Made by a program: the position numbers and the translations under genes. The notes under the pieces were generated by a model. It was not told the DNA's origin. It saw nothing but the letters and a program-made list of their open reading frames with translations, and did no database searches. DNA of 64,000 nt, from contig NC_134028.1 in the NCBI RefSeq assembly GCF_964204645.1, positions 16,809,653 to 16,873,652 of the forward strand, written 5' to 3'. Origin of the DNA: Tubulanus polymorphus (lineage: Eukaryota; Animalia; Nemertea). Shown here piece after piece: positions 23,262-36,511 of the stretch (its first letter is position 1; every line of letters begins with the position of its first letter).

Positions 23262-25900
23262 TAGGGTTTTCTGTTTCTTCACAGAAAACCCTATTGAAAT
23301 TCGCATGATTATTATTGTTTTTTTTCTTCCCTTTTCCACATAGTTTTTGTTAAAAGTGTAAAGGCTTCCTTACCTTACCGCTGTCGCCGATACAATCCGT
23401 ATGACGTCCTTCAGCTCACTTCAATCTCTAGATACTGCATGGGAATTTTGATAAATCCACGTTATAAAGGCACTGTCGAGCCGTAAACATCGGAAATTTG
23501 GCTCCGTTCAATTAGTAGCCATGTTGTGTTTTCTTACCGATATTTCTCTCTTCTTTTCGAGGAAGAGCTATCGAATAATTCCCTCTCTTCTCCACAATCA
23601 ATTTCAAAGTCAATTTTATAAATTTATTGCTCAGCGGGTCCGAGTCCTAGAGTTTACGAGTCCGGCGTTCGCGTGTCTGACAGGTTTACGGGCATTTGTT
23701 TGTTACCACTTTAATATTTTTGATTTCTTGTTATTCCGGTTATTTCATTTAAGTATATTGCTGATCAGTTCATGTAACCAAAAGCGTCAATAAACAGATT
23801 TTGAATTGATCAAGTTTAAAAAGTTCAAGGTCGTTGAGTCGCGGAGGGCTGCTAGAATTACGTTCGTCTCAGAGAGAAAACAAACGACAGAAAAGTATCA
23901 GGTGATTATCGATAGGCTACTACGGTACACACAGTTGACAAACAGTGTTAGGCCTGTGCCGGTTGGTGCGTACTGGGAATAAATATACTGGTTGGTCAGT
24001 TGGTTCGGTTGTGAAGTGTGGAAGCTAAGAAAGCCTACCGCAGTACCGGTATTTATTTGTCTATAGGCCTATTATATAGTAGCCAATACCAGTAAGTACG
24101 TAGTTGTTACTCGTACGTGACTGTACGGTGATCTCCACAGGTTAACCGTACGTGAGTTCCCTACTGACGCCGTACGTGAGTTCCTCTAGTAGCCAATACC
24201 ATTTTTTAAGTACGAAGTTGTTACCCGTACGTGCCAGTGACTGTACGGTGATATCCACAGTTTAACCGTATGTGAATTCCCTAAAAAGGCCGTAAGTGAG
24301 TTCCTATAATCTGCAAACGTGCATGCGTGAAAGAATAGAGTTTGGGTTAGGTGAGGCTAGGCTATTTGTAAATCAAATTTCATTCACCCTGCAGTTACGT
24401 TCTGTGGCACAGTGGGTAAATCACTCGACTACTATACTGGATTTTTTTTTCGTTTGGTTTCAAATCCCAATATTGCAAGTCTGAGCGTCAACATACTCAT
24501 ACGGCTAACCTGTAGAAATCACCGTACAGTCACGTACAGGTAACAACAGCGTTTTAAGTATTAAGTGAGTACGACAAGCCTACCATGCCTATGTACTACA
24601 AACACAACTTTTTCCCTCTCGTCGGCCCTACAGTGATGTTACTATAACTGGTGCAATTATAACATGGATAGGATTTGGCCAGGACTAGCCTAAAGTCTAA
24701 TTCAGTCTATGTACTAATTCACTCGATAGGCCTATTTTTAAAACAGGGATCATTCATTTATTACATACGCATAAAATTTGATTATTTCAACCCCCCTCCC
24801 CCTCTGTACGCAAAATCTGCCATTTTTTCATGTACATTAAGCATTACAGTACGTAATTGCCCTGACCCCCCTCCCCTAATGCGTACGTTATAAATGAATG
24901 ATCCCACAATACAGTGAAGTATTCACACACAGAAAGGCTAATTGATTTGAGCCATGTGATTAAATTTGGCCAGGCCTTCTCTGACTTGCTGACATTAATA
25001 GTCAATGTGGTCACGGCTTGTATACCAGAAATCATTGTAGGCCTGTACATTTTGCTGTTCGTAGGTTTGGTATACCGATTTCTCCATTCTTGACTGATAA
25101 GTGTACGGTACAGCTGTACGCATTATACAATTGTTCCAATGGGAATAGGGCCTATTGATTGGGCTTATTATTTCCTGCTTTAGAATACTGAAATAAGCCC
25201 AACGTTCATTCAAATATCCAACATCGGTGAAAGTCTGATTACTGTATACATGTACTGTAGGTTTTCATGTTGTATGAATATTTTGCAGTTCAAATGGGTA
25301 TGATGCTGATTCCAATGTCGAATGCATGCAGTTAGATGGTCAAGGACAGTCAACACCAAGATATCTCTCTTCGATCGATGTTGCACCATAGAAGATCTGA
25401 TTCTTTCAACTCAAGGAAAGTGATTCAACACGATCGACATAACACTGGAATAGGTTTGCAGTAACTAACGGTTCATTTCATTTAGTCCTATGTACTTTTT
25501 AGCCAATTTGGATTTGATTGTAATTGAAACTCTGGAACAAAAGACAAGTTGAAAAAACACAAGTTATGCTTGATTCTCATGTTCAAATTTAATTGAAATT
25601 CAAATTTATTTTATTACATCATATTTACAAAGCATATCGTTGGTTCATACAGTAATAAAAATTAGGACAGAACAAATATTATTACAGAATTTCCAAAAAG
25701 GCAATGAATTTCTATAACTAAATGAACATTATTTTTCTAATAACTCAGATCAAGAGTGACTTTCCCGTTTATTAGGAAACACACGCAACTAGTGGAATAT
25801 GTTTGATTTACACACATGTTGCAGGTATCAATTGTTTATCACTATAGAATTTGTAATCCATGAAAGCCAAAATCAACATCAGCCGAAAACCCAGATCAAT
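23262..25900 (+). mobile_element. Diverged HINE-B-related element inserted in pPolB copy 2 (3' end uncertain)
   Basis: 5' hairpin TAGGGTTTTCTG-n8-CAGAAAACCCTA and ~250 bp similar to 8375-8620; only a partial GAAAACCC near 25885 as a candidate 3' end. Confidence 0.55.
24746..24905. mobile_element. MITE with GGG termini and 3-bp TSD (PIF/Harbinger- or Zator-like)
   Basis: TIR GGGATCATTCATTTAT / ATAAATGAATGATCCC, flanked by ACA on both sides. Confidence 0.75.
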
Positions 25901-27796
25901 TCATAATTTATTGATTGAATCTAAACTACAATATATGTATTTATTCAAATATTTCAATAAAAACATGAACTTCTTAAATCTATTCTAAATCATAATACGT
26001 TCTTATCTGTAGATTCACTCAATCTATCTACTCAGCAGGTGCTTCAAAAGAGTTCTTAATAGGACAGATCCATTTTTAAGCTTGGTGATAATACAGTATC
26101 ATGATGTTTGAATGCCAAAATAAATGCCTGGTCAAATGAATTAATATTTGTTGATTGTACGTCCTCGTATGTTCGGTTTCAAAGCTGATCATATTTGACG
26201 TTTACACAGTGGTTGCATATTAGGTTCGAATCTGTCAATGCATTTTATTCTATGTATCGATATTTCAATTTACTACAATTCCCATCTTTCTGAATGGCTT
26301 TATTACAAATGGTACTTTATTCTTGTAATCATATTTTTTTGAATTCTAATACTTTATCTTTTTCATTTGGTAAAATCATTTGACAATAATCATGATTATC
26401 ACATAATTGTTTATGATTTAATAATGCACTTTCAGTTCTGAATTTAGTTATACATTTTCTACATAGAGATATTTTATTATCAAAATCATTTTCTTATTTG
26501 AAAAATAAATCGATTTGTTTTATTCACATATAATGATTTTCTTAATATAATATATCTATAACACCATTTGAATCATAATCTATTGATAGGTATAGAGGTT
26601 CTAATGTAAAATGTTTAATATTATTACCTTTTGTTTTTGGTAATTTGACTCAATCAAACACATTTATCTTTATATTATTATCTCTTTCTATTTTTGGGAT
26701 ATTTTTAATTCTAACAGGATAATTATCTATCTTATACCTATATCTATTATCTATCTTATTTTCAAATGGTTTATAATGTGTTAATCTAAAACTATGTGTA
26801 ATATCTTCTGTTGGATGTAAACAACTTATAATTGTCCACAGAAAACATTTATCATCAGAATTTTGTACATTTATAACAGCATTAGTTTTAACTGATAATT
26901 TGTTATAACTTGATCCATTTATATTATCTTTATAATATGATAAATTATTTTCATCAATTGGTTTCGAATTAGTTAATTTATTATATTTTGTGTTGTGTCA
27001 TGTTAAGTCATAAATATTATTTCATCAAATATTAAACCAGATCCTTCAAAATATTTCTCTTCTATTTTAGTTTTTTACTTCATTATAACATTTATCTAAT
27101 TTTTCATCTATACGCTGTTTTGAAATAATATGTTGTGAATGGCAATTTATATTTTATATTGGTTTATCTTCAGATTTTATAAACTTAACTTTAGCCGATA
27201 TACTAATTTTAGGGTATTCAACACCAGTAATTATTTATATTATACTTTTCATATTTTCTAAATGTTTTTTATTTTCTTCTAATGTTTTACCTTTATGAAA
27301 TCTAAACTCGATAGCAGCTGGACGAATATCACTTTTAAATGCCTCAGTTATTTCTATTTCTTTTTTATTATCTAATGAATTAATATAATTTCTAACATTT
27401 TCCATGTATGGTCTTTTATTGTTTAATTCCTTTTTTATTCTTTTAATTGTCTTCTGTTTCTTATCAAAATAATCTTCAATAAACCTAAAATATCATTATT
27501 GATATTTCTAATATGATTTTTAGATTTTAAATGTTCTTTATAATATCTTTTATCACTGAATGATTGATTAGTTTCTAATATATCATCTTTATATTCTAAC
27601 TTTAATTTATTTTCTAAGTGTGTTTTAGTTTTATTATGTCTTGCTTTTTGAGATTTATCTATATTGATTTTACATGTCGGACAGTAGTACTTCTTATTTG
27701 CTTCCATTTTAATATCAAATTTTTTATTAAAGTTCATTTTAGAAGTTATTCATATTCATATATATGAATCATATTCATATATATGAATATTTTAAG

Positions 27797-27918
27797 AGTA
27801 ATAGGGAATAAGTTGTTTCATATCAAAGGTCGAACGGTCGAAAAATAAATTCGAGTGTGCGAGAATTTATTTTTCGACCGTTCGACCTTTCGTATGAAAC
27901 AACTTATTCCCTATTACT
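27797..27918. repeat. 122-bp near-perfect palindrome (56-bp arms, 10-nt loop)
   Basis: AGTAATAGGGAATAAGTTGTTTCATA..AAATTC / GAATTT..TATGAAACAACTTATTCCCTATTACT with a 2-nt mismatch. Confidence 0.95.
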
Positions 27919-28990
27919 GAGATAAAATGCCCGCAAAATAAAAACCTAACGAACCAGGGCTGACCACAAATTGCCCTAACGATAAATTTTCCGAAACGAC
28001 ACAATCCTATCATGTTTGGTATCAAATAACTCGTGGCCTGAACCTTGGTCTATTAACTGACCAATGCATGACCAGTACCATACAGTTAGTTTTACTACCA
28101 ACGGGTGGCGCTGTATGTAAATTTCAGATAAATCAACGACTTTCGGCTATTAGCGGTACTTAAGACCACTTGAAAAACATCATAGTCAATTACGGTAGTA
28201 GTGAAAATAAAAAGTTACATTTCGGTGTACAGCACCATAGCACCCATATAATACCACATACATTTTATTCAGACTAAGGACTATTGGTTAACACCGATCT
28301 TCATTTCCATTAATTAATGATCTGTTGAATTAATAAGTAATCCAGTCTTTCGGTGTTCGAGATAAAATGCCCGCAAAATAAGAACTATCGAACCAGGGCT
28401 GACCACAAATTGCCGAACAGATAAATTTTTGGAAACGTCACAATCATGTTTAGTATCAAATAACTCGTGGCATGGACCTTGGTCTAACCAATGCATGACC
28501 AGTACTGGCTATATAGTAAATTATCTGTTTTGCAAACAATTAAGTTGTTTGGTGTCAAATAACTAGATATGATGTGGGCATTATGCTAAAAATTGTTTAA
28601 CTGACCAATGCTTGACCAGTACTGACCAGTTACCAGTGCTAACCAGAACCCACCATAAGTAATTTATATGTTTAGTAAAGCAATAAAATCGTGTTTGGAC
28701 GTCGAGCGACTAAATATGGCGCGGGCTATGATCTAACAACTATCTAACTGACCAATTTTTGACCAATAATGACCCTAAAGTAATTAGTCTATTTTAGAAG
28801 CAACACAGTCGTGTGTGGTGTCAAATAATTAGATATGGTGTGGGCTTTAATCTAACAACTATTCAACTGACCAAATCTTGACCAATACTGACCACATACA
28901 TTTGTCTGTTTCGGTAACAACTTAGTCGTGTCTGGTATCAAATAATTTCATTTGGCCTGAACGTAAATATAACAACTCTTTTACCTGTAA
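27919..28990. repeat. Diverged ~110-150 bp tandem repeats rich in TGACCA
   Basis: Recurrent TCAAATAACT..AACTGACCAA..TTGACCA units; 27919-28080 resembles 28360-28505. Confidence 0.7.
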
Positions 28991-31498
28991 AAGCTACACA
29001 AGCACTGTCTAATTTCCGGTAAAATGTTTTTAGAAATGACACGGGGTATTGCCTGAATCCTCCGTTAGTACTACTAGCTCTTACATTTAAATATGTCGCT
29101 TGAAAAGTCTTGTCAGAATTGTTTTTATTGTAGGTAGCGAGCTAACTTCCCCGAGCGAAATTTCCCACTAAATGCAAAATATTTTCACGTGGGGTTTTGA
29201 ACGAACAACGTTTTGATTTGTAATTGTAACGTGCGCATTTGAGCCTGTAACGCGCACATTTCACTCGCGTGAACGTGCGTATCGGTACCAACATGCGAAA
29301 CTTGTCAAACTTGCGTTCAAGACGTTTAGACTGAACATCAAAGAAGATATCATATCATATCATATATCTGAATATAGATGGAATGATAATGTAGTAGTTT
29401 TGAATTTTTCGTAGCTGCTGTCCACTGACCACAGATCAAAGTTAATCCCCTGATATGAAATATATATATTGGTTATAGTGATATAGTAGTTCAGTGAGAA
29501 TTCAAACTTATGGTTAATTTTGAGTGATCACAACGCTGACCAATAGAGAAAGCTGTAAGGCCTAAGAAAAGATGCATTACGTAAGTATAACATATCGCTC
29601 AATATAATGAAGAAGTATTCAACTGGCCATCTGATCACAACAATAGTTTGACTTATCTTATTGAAAGATATCGGAGAGTTAATGGGAGATCCCTGAATTC
29701 GAAACGATTCCACACTCAATCGATATTTTGAAAACACAATTTGCAATTTGTGAACATGCATTTTTTGCACCAAAAGCATGAAGTATATTATCTTTGCTTG
29801 TAAAAATTTGAAATTTTGGGGAAGATTTTTGGCCTCGTTAACCTGTGAACACGTCTTTCATATATTTTCTTCATATAAGACCGACCCTTGAAATAATGCT
29901 GAGAGTTTCGAGGAAAATTATGGTAGGATCTCTTCTTAGGCTGCCTCGTATCAGTGGAAGGTTGCTAATTATTGATTTTATACACAATAATTATAAGTAC
30001 CATGAGACTCCATAGAATATCGTTTTTCAATCATACACGAATTATCGCGATATAAAGATAAATAGTACTTCTATATTTCTATATTCTATACTTTTTACGT
30101 CTTATGCTGTATATCTATTTAGCAGTGTAAATAAAGAGTGGATCTGCAGGCCACCTGAGACCATTCCACGATCTAAGGTCAGCTGCCAAAAGTTAGTAAG
30201 TTTACCAGTGGATAGTTAACATTTATAATGACAATTAAAACTTGCTAAACATTGCTAAAATAACTTTATACTTGTAGAATAGTCACACTCGAATGCGGAG
30301 AATTGATAATACGATAATACGATACGAAAACTCACAGTGTACAAATTCAAAAAGATGATCTCTAGTGAGAGATCGAACGTTGTGCCGTAATTTTCTGATG
30401 ATAAAACTTGGTTTCTGATGATTAAATTTGTGTACATAGTGGATCTTTTTCATATTAATTGTGTATTTGGTCATGTATAATGGTTAATTTAAACTAACTT
30501 TTGAGAAACCGGTCCCAGAGCAGCTGTAGCCTTAATTCCTGTAATAGAGGCCGCAATCTTTTTGCGGCAAACAGTACAAATAGCCAGAAAAGGCGACAAT
30601 AGTCCATTGGCAAACTTAAAGCAAGCGTACATTGGTTGTTTAGGTTTTTCGAAGGGGAGAATTTTTGGGAAAATTAATGTTTAATCATCATTGAGATATA
30701 GTTGAGCTGTACACAAGGAATTTGTTTATAGTCCGATATCCGTGATTACCTCTGGCGTGGAGAGATACAATCTAAAACCAACCGTAGAGTCAAATATTTT
30801 ACTACAATTTTTCATGATCAATAAAAAGATTAATAGACATTCCACTCGATTTTAACTCATTCATCTTTACACAAACTCCAACTTGTTGAACTGTTCAAAA
30901 TCGCGTGGCTTGAATTATTACGATAACAAAAATTAGGGACCGCGATACTTGCTCATCTACGCTGGCTACAAACAGGATTGCATTTGAGTGTTTGATGTTG
31001 TAACAATACCATACTGAATTATGGATTCAGTTGCTACTTTTTGATTGAACATTTATATCACATATTGGGCATTATATTTACCAGTATATATGGAATAACC
31101 TATCCATATATCATGTTCAATTTTATATAATCTGACTTTTGAGATTCAATCAATGCATTCATATTGCGGTCGTCGCATTCAATAGCCACCACGGACTGGC
31201 TCCTTATTATTTCCTTGGCGATACCTTTGGCGGACGATCCCACGCGTTTCTTGCTCCTGTCCTAGAATGCTCAATATTCGTCATGGACCCCGATTTGAAT
31301 TTAAATTCAAAAGACTCCTAAAACACACCGGTTTACTCAATTACTCTGAAGCGCCTTTGAACATTTATGTGCAAGAATCAGTGAAATTGGGGCTTTATCA
31401 GTTGTATTCATCATTCGAACCTACGAATCTCGTATCCTATGAATGTGGAGACCTATCCTCGTAAGAGAATGAATAGGCTCTGTTGCGTTCATATCATT

Positions 31499-31572
31499 TG
31501 ATATGAGGCTACGTTTCATCTTTAATTGAAATCATGTGATTTCAATTAAAGATGACACGATGCCTCATATCA
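31499..31572. repeat. Hairpin-forming inverted repeat
   Basis: TGATATGAGGC..TCATCTTTAATTGAAATCA-TG-TGATTTCAATTAAAGATGA..GCCTCATATCA. Confidence 0.9.
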
Positions 31573-32979
31573 TTATGTTATATTTTTTAAAGTGGGCGAG
31601 AATATATACTTATGTTTTTGTTTCTCTGAATGTTGCTATTTAAGAGTTCAATCATTTCAGTCTACCAAACAAAGCATTTTTCTAAGACTGCATTTTAGGT
31701 ATCTTTTCGCGGATGGCCGAAAGCTGCTGTCCCTTTCTAGTAATTTGATGATATCTCTCTAAATTTAAATTTTGAAAAGGGATCAGGCATATCTCCTTGT
31801 TTGACTAAGTATGAACTCAACTTTATGGGACACTCCCTTTTAAAAGGCGCCGAAGTAAAATCATGTGTCGAGTGGAGATGATATTGTATCAGAATTACTT
31901 CAAAATCGAAGAAAATTGAATATTTTGAAAATAATGATTTTATGCTTAAATCCGTAAAAACTGGAGCAGTTTTCATTAAAAAAATATCGGAATCAGCGAA
32001 ATTTAATTAAGAAGAATACTATGTTTAAAATGTTATCAATAACATTTGAAGAAAGTTTTCTGAATTCGTCAACTGTGAAACTAGTGTCAACCAGATGTGT
32101 TCCCATTAAACAACCGACCGCGAGCCGAGTCGATGTGAGATGTGGCCTACACTGAAAATCTCAAGTGCTACCGCCGGTTTTTAGGTACCTTTGAATTTTA
32201 AAAAACTGAACAATTGCCATTTGGAAAGGGCCTAGTTAGAGAAAATGCTAGATCGTGTGATACAGGCTCCATATTTCATGTGCGTTTGGAATTTAACCTT
32301 GTTTATAACGAAACATACATGTTATTATGCTATTTTAGATTTAAAAAAAAACCCATGATAGTGTTTCATGAGACCCTCAAATAACGTCAACTTGAAATAT
32401 TAACGAAACATTTTTTTGACGGAAACATCGTCACCATCGAATTTTAAAAACTTTAAGGAATGGGTTAATGCCTTGGTGACCACTGGTCTATTAGGCAGTT
32501 TTCTGAAACAAAAGTGGCCAAGTCTAAAGAACAACTATTGTAACAAATGATTTCAAATATTAGTTTGCCCAATGCGTTTAATGATTTAATCAATTGGTAT
32601 CGCGCTGATTGGTCGAAAGACGGGTGCTAGTCACCTTGTGATTTAATGGTTTTTTAAGCATTGATTAACCATAGATTTTAATCTTATCATATCTTATTTG
32701 AAGGCGCTTCCCGCAAACATTTTCTATTCGTTGAGTTTTCAAACGCAGTACTGTTCAGATGATTCAAGCTTCGAGTCAAGTAGTAGAAAAGTTTATGTAT
32801 TAGCATTACTATGCTCAGTGAAAATAACGCACTGCGGCAAGTGAGGTGCTGTGATCCAGATGTGTAACATTTATGGGTAATAAATTTCCATCATGTCGAC
32901 GCTATTCACAAACAGTAGCAAAACATACTGCTGGTCTCTAGAATTATCAATACGACGACAAGCATTTTCGAATTCGACC

Positions 32980-33490
32980 ATGATATTCGAGAAGTTTCAC
33001 TTGGGCAGTGGTGGACAGTGATGGTCAATTTTTGAATTTCAATGGCGAATCCTTTCTAGTTTCACACAAAATGCGGTACCGGTATATCGTTCTTATATTC
33101 GAGAAGTTCAAATTGGTCAGTGGTGGTCAGTGATGGTAAATTTATGAATTTTCAATGGCGAATCCTTTCTAGTTTCACACAAAATGCGGTACCGGTATAT
33201 CGTCCATATATTTGAGAAATTTAAATTGGTCAGTGGTGGTCAGTGATGGCCAATTCATGAATTTCCAATGGCGAATCCTTTCTAGTTTGACACCATAACG
33301 CCGTATATCGTTCTCATATTCGAGAAGTTTGAATTGGTCAGTGGTGGTCAGCGATGGTCAATTTATTAATTTCTCAATGGCAAATCCTTTCTAGTTTGAC
33401 ACCATCATGCGGTATATCGTTTTCCTATTCGAGAAGTTTGAATTGGTCAGTGGTGGTCAGTGATGGTCAGTTTATCGAATTTGCAATGAT
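32980..33490. repeat. ~110-115 bp tandem repeat, about 4.5 copies, rich in TGGTCA
   Basis: ATATTCGAGAAGTT..AATTGGTCAGTGGTGGTCAGTGATGG..CAATGGCGAATCCTTTCTAGTTT recurs. Confidence 0.9.
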
Positions 33491-34383
33491 AGTAGTTTGA
33501 AAACAAACATGACTTGAAAAAATCGAAATTCGAAGTCAAGTGTTCGAGACTCGGGGATATCTCAATTGGTCAGTTTCTGACCATCATGGTGTCACCATTG
33601 TGGTCTATAGCTCAAATGAAACATGTGGAACCGACGAAGGGTCCCAAAAGCGTAAGTCATTTCCTGAGTGACGTGATCCAAAAATGCCCTAACTGGAAAA
33701 GGCAGTCTCTCAATTGGACAACACCAAATCGGACAGGACAATTAAAATTTGGGAAGGCCACACGCTTTCTAGAAGCCCACGCGGTACACATTTAGCGTAT
33801 TATTATGAAATCTTTTTTTAAACCACCATGTACGACATAAAGTAATAAGCATCGTTGTAAGCACTTGAAACACCCATTAACCACTTGGATCTGTCAGATC
33901 AAACATCATACTGCATCCCCGCAAAGAAGGGTAGTTCAGCAAACCGGAGTTTTCATCGGCCTCTCTAGACTACCCCGCCAGTTCGGGTAGCCGAGCAAAC
34001 TGGAAAACTCATAATGTAGCCGAGCAAACCGGAAAACTCATAATGAAGTGGTCTTAAGTACCGCTAATAGCCGAAAGTCATTGATTATGTGAAATTAACA
34101 TACAGTGCCACCCGTTAGTAGTAAAACTAACCCGAGCAATTCGGGTGTTAAATAGATACGCTAGCAAACCGGCATTCTCATGATGAGTTCGAGTAGCCGA
34201 GCAAGCGGGTAAGCGAACCCAGACAACCCATAATATGGATGAGAAACAGGAGCTTCTGCTTTTAACGGAGCGCTCCGCTATATAGAACGTTGATGCTTTC
34301 TTTTTATGGCGCCCTCTAACGGAGACGCCATCTGGTTATGCTCCAAACTAAATCGGATAATAACCCTCTGTAGATTTAACGCA

Positions 34384-34437
34384 ATGGCGACGTCTAAGGG
34401 AGCGAATACCTATAATCGACAAAATTGGGAAGATTCT
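34384..34437 (+). CDS. RBM22: Pre-mRNA splicing factor RBM22, exon 1
   Basis: MATSKGANTYNRQNWEDS then GTAAGT; matches the RBM22 N-terminus. Confidence 0.95.
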
Positions 34438-34719
34438 GTAAGTTCGAATTTATTTAATGATGTATGACATCACGGTGACAAAAACAGACACCACACAAAA
34501 ATGAAGAGACAACAAATAAGGGGGCACCTCTATATTCACAATTCACATCCCAAAGAACAAGGACTTGGTGTATCCCCCCCCCCCCCCCAATTTTCATGAA
34601 ACAACTCATCAATTACTAATTCATAACAACTAATTTTATTTATGTACGGTACATAAAACAAAATTAATACAATCCTCAAATTTAATGCATCAGGTTAAAT
34701 AAGCAATCAAACCTACACA

Positions 34720-35500
34720 TTCCAGTACCGTACACACTCACTCTCACTCACAGTAACGCTTACACTAAATTATTAGACACTCTCATTCTCACTCGTACTC
34801 AAACTACACACTCACTCTCACCTACGAGCAATTATTTAGTTTAGATAATTGCTCGTAGCTTTCACAGTACACTCACTCTCACAGTACCGTACACGCTTAC
34901 AGTCACTGACACTCACATTACACTCTCACTCAAACACTTTCACTCACTGACACTCACAGTACACACTCTCACTCACCGTGCACGCTCACAGTCACTCACA
35001 GTCTCACTCTCACTCAAACACTGTCACTCACTGACACTCACAGTACACACCCACTCTCATTCACACTCACCGTACACACTCTCACACTCACAGTACACTG
35101 TACACAGTACACTCACTCATCTTTTATCTGAATCTGTTCAACATTTTTTGAGGTGTAGTCGTAGTGCTGCAGAGTTGTCTGTACATGTACCACGTTCTAT
35201 ATATATTTTTTTTTTCAGTTGTTGAGGTGTCGAGGTGTAGAGCTGTAGAGTTGTCTGTACCAAAACCACATTCTCTCTAGGCCCTATATCTTTGTCAGTT
35301 GTTGAGGTGTCGAGGTGTCGAGGTGTAGAGTTGTCTGTACCAAAACCACATTCTCTCTATATCTCTGTCAGTTGTTGAGGTGTCGAGGTGTAGAGCTGTA
35401 GAGTTGTCTGTACCAAAGCCACATTCTCTCTATATCTTTGTCAGTTGTTGAGGTGGCAAACTGTAGAGTTGTCAGTCATAAAAGCCACGTTCTCTCTTTA
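34720..35500. repeat. CA/CT-rich low-complexity tract followed by ~60-bp minisatellite (intron 1)
   Basis: (CACT/CACA)n-like 34720-35120; GTTGTTGAGGTGTCGAGGTGTAGAG..TTGTCTGTACC units 35140-35500. Confidence 0.85.
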
Positions 35501-35698
35501 TCATCATGTAGGCTATGTCACACCGCCATCTATCCACCAGTCCCTTTTGGATTGCTAAGTATCGCCAGGTACCATCTATAGACAATTTACGGGAGCTACC
35601 ACCCGCTATAGTCCCCTATTCTTAAATCGCACCGCATTCAGAAATAAACAACAAGTTTAGGTAAACCCGCGGATAGATGAAAATACAAACAAATCTAT

Positions 35699-36317
35699 GG
35701 CGCTATTGCACTTTTGTGCCCCCCTCCCAAAAATGTTTATTTCAGCATATTTATTATCAGGGAGGTCTAGGGATTCAAAATCAGTAACTTTTGACCCAAA
35801 AAAACTTACTTTTACTTGGTTAATATATTGATATTTTGGGCCCTAAATCGCATGTAAAATCGTTGATTCGCGACGTCAACAACGCCATATTGGATGTCAA
35901 TCAAAGTTTCTAACCCTCTACTGAAATGTCATGACATTAAAACTTTGCAAAAACCATGTTTTCAAACATAACCATCTCTGAAAATGATGTGTACCGGTAT
36001 GTTTGCATTATTTTCATACTTAGCTATTGATCTAAAGATGTTCTGATGAAGAAAAGTTAAATGCCCAAAAACGAAGTTTTATCAATTAAATTTATTGAGA
36101 TACATTTATTCAGATGTTTTTAGGTGGTAATTAGTGCGGAAACATGGCTGACCCGTCGGTTTGAATCGAGGAAATCGGCCCCAAATTATCAGAATTTTGG
36201 CTAGGAAAAAATTATTTTTTTGTCAAAAGTAATTTATTTTGACTCTACAGACCTCCCTGATTAATAATATACAGAAATCAAAATTTTTGGGAGGGGGTAC
36301 GAAAGTGCAATAGCGCC
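35699..36317. mobile_element. MITE with long TIRs and 9-bp TSD (Mutator- or Merlin-like)
   Basis: GGCGCTATTGCACTTT / AAAGTGCAATAGCGCC, imperfect pairing for >100 bp, TSD CAAATCTAT on both sides. Confidence 0.88.
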
Positions 36318-36511
36318 CAAATCTATGCCACTCCATGATTTATTTCTGGATGTAAATTCCTTACTGAACAAATTGATGCATAATATTTAGAGATAACTGA
36401 TTATTAACGAAATTAGAAATTACGGACCAAAGCGTCGCATGGAGAGCAGGTGTGACAGAGTGACAGACAGTGGATGATATCACCGGGTCATAATTTATTC
36501 TTTATAAGTTA

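Larger units (their letters stand above)
22425..27737 (-). pseudogene. pPolB copy 2, N-terminal half, split by a ~3 kb insertion (~23262-26290)
   Basis: 27737-26300: YYCPTCK zinc finger, EGSGL, VINVQNSDDKCFLW, LCRKCI, NKVPFVI. 23260-22425: AAAFGLYIKS, CYYC..VRDHDHLNGKF..AAHENCNL, NLSGYDAHL, FIDSYRFL, KGAIPY. Confidence 0.85.
6000..27790 (-). mobile_element. Polinton/Maverick remnant B (internally deleted, interrupted by nested insertions at 8320-21787 and ~23262-26290)
   Basis: Co-oriented, tightly packed, intronless AT-rich ORFs: pPolB copy 2, penton C-terminus, small conserved ORFs; one ORF rejoins in frame across the 13.5 kb insertion. Confidence 0.75.

Noticed and set aside
24400-24475. 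tRNA gene (TGGCACAGTGG ... GGTTTCAAATCCC)
   Set aside because: Only degenerate A/B-box-like motifs with an internal T-run and no cloverleaf; at most a SINE relic.
3332-27790. Intact or active Polinton, or bacterial/phage contamination
   Set aside because: Genes are frameshifted; no integrase, ATPase, maturation protease, major capsid or polymerase palm is visible; the region is interleaved with host repeats also found in RBM22 introns.
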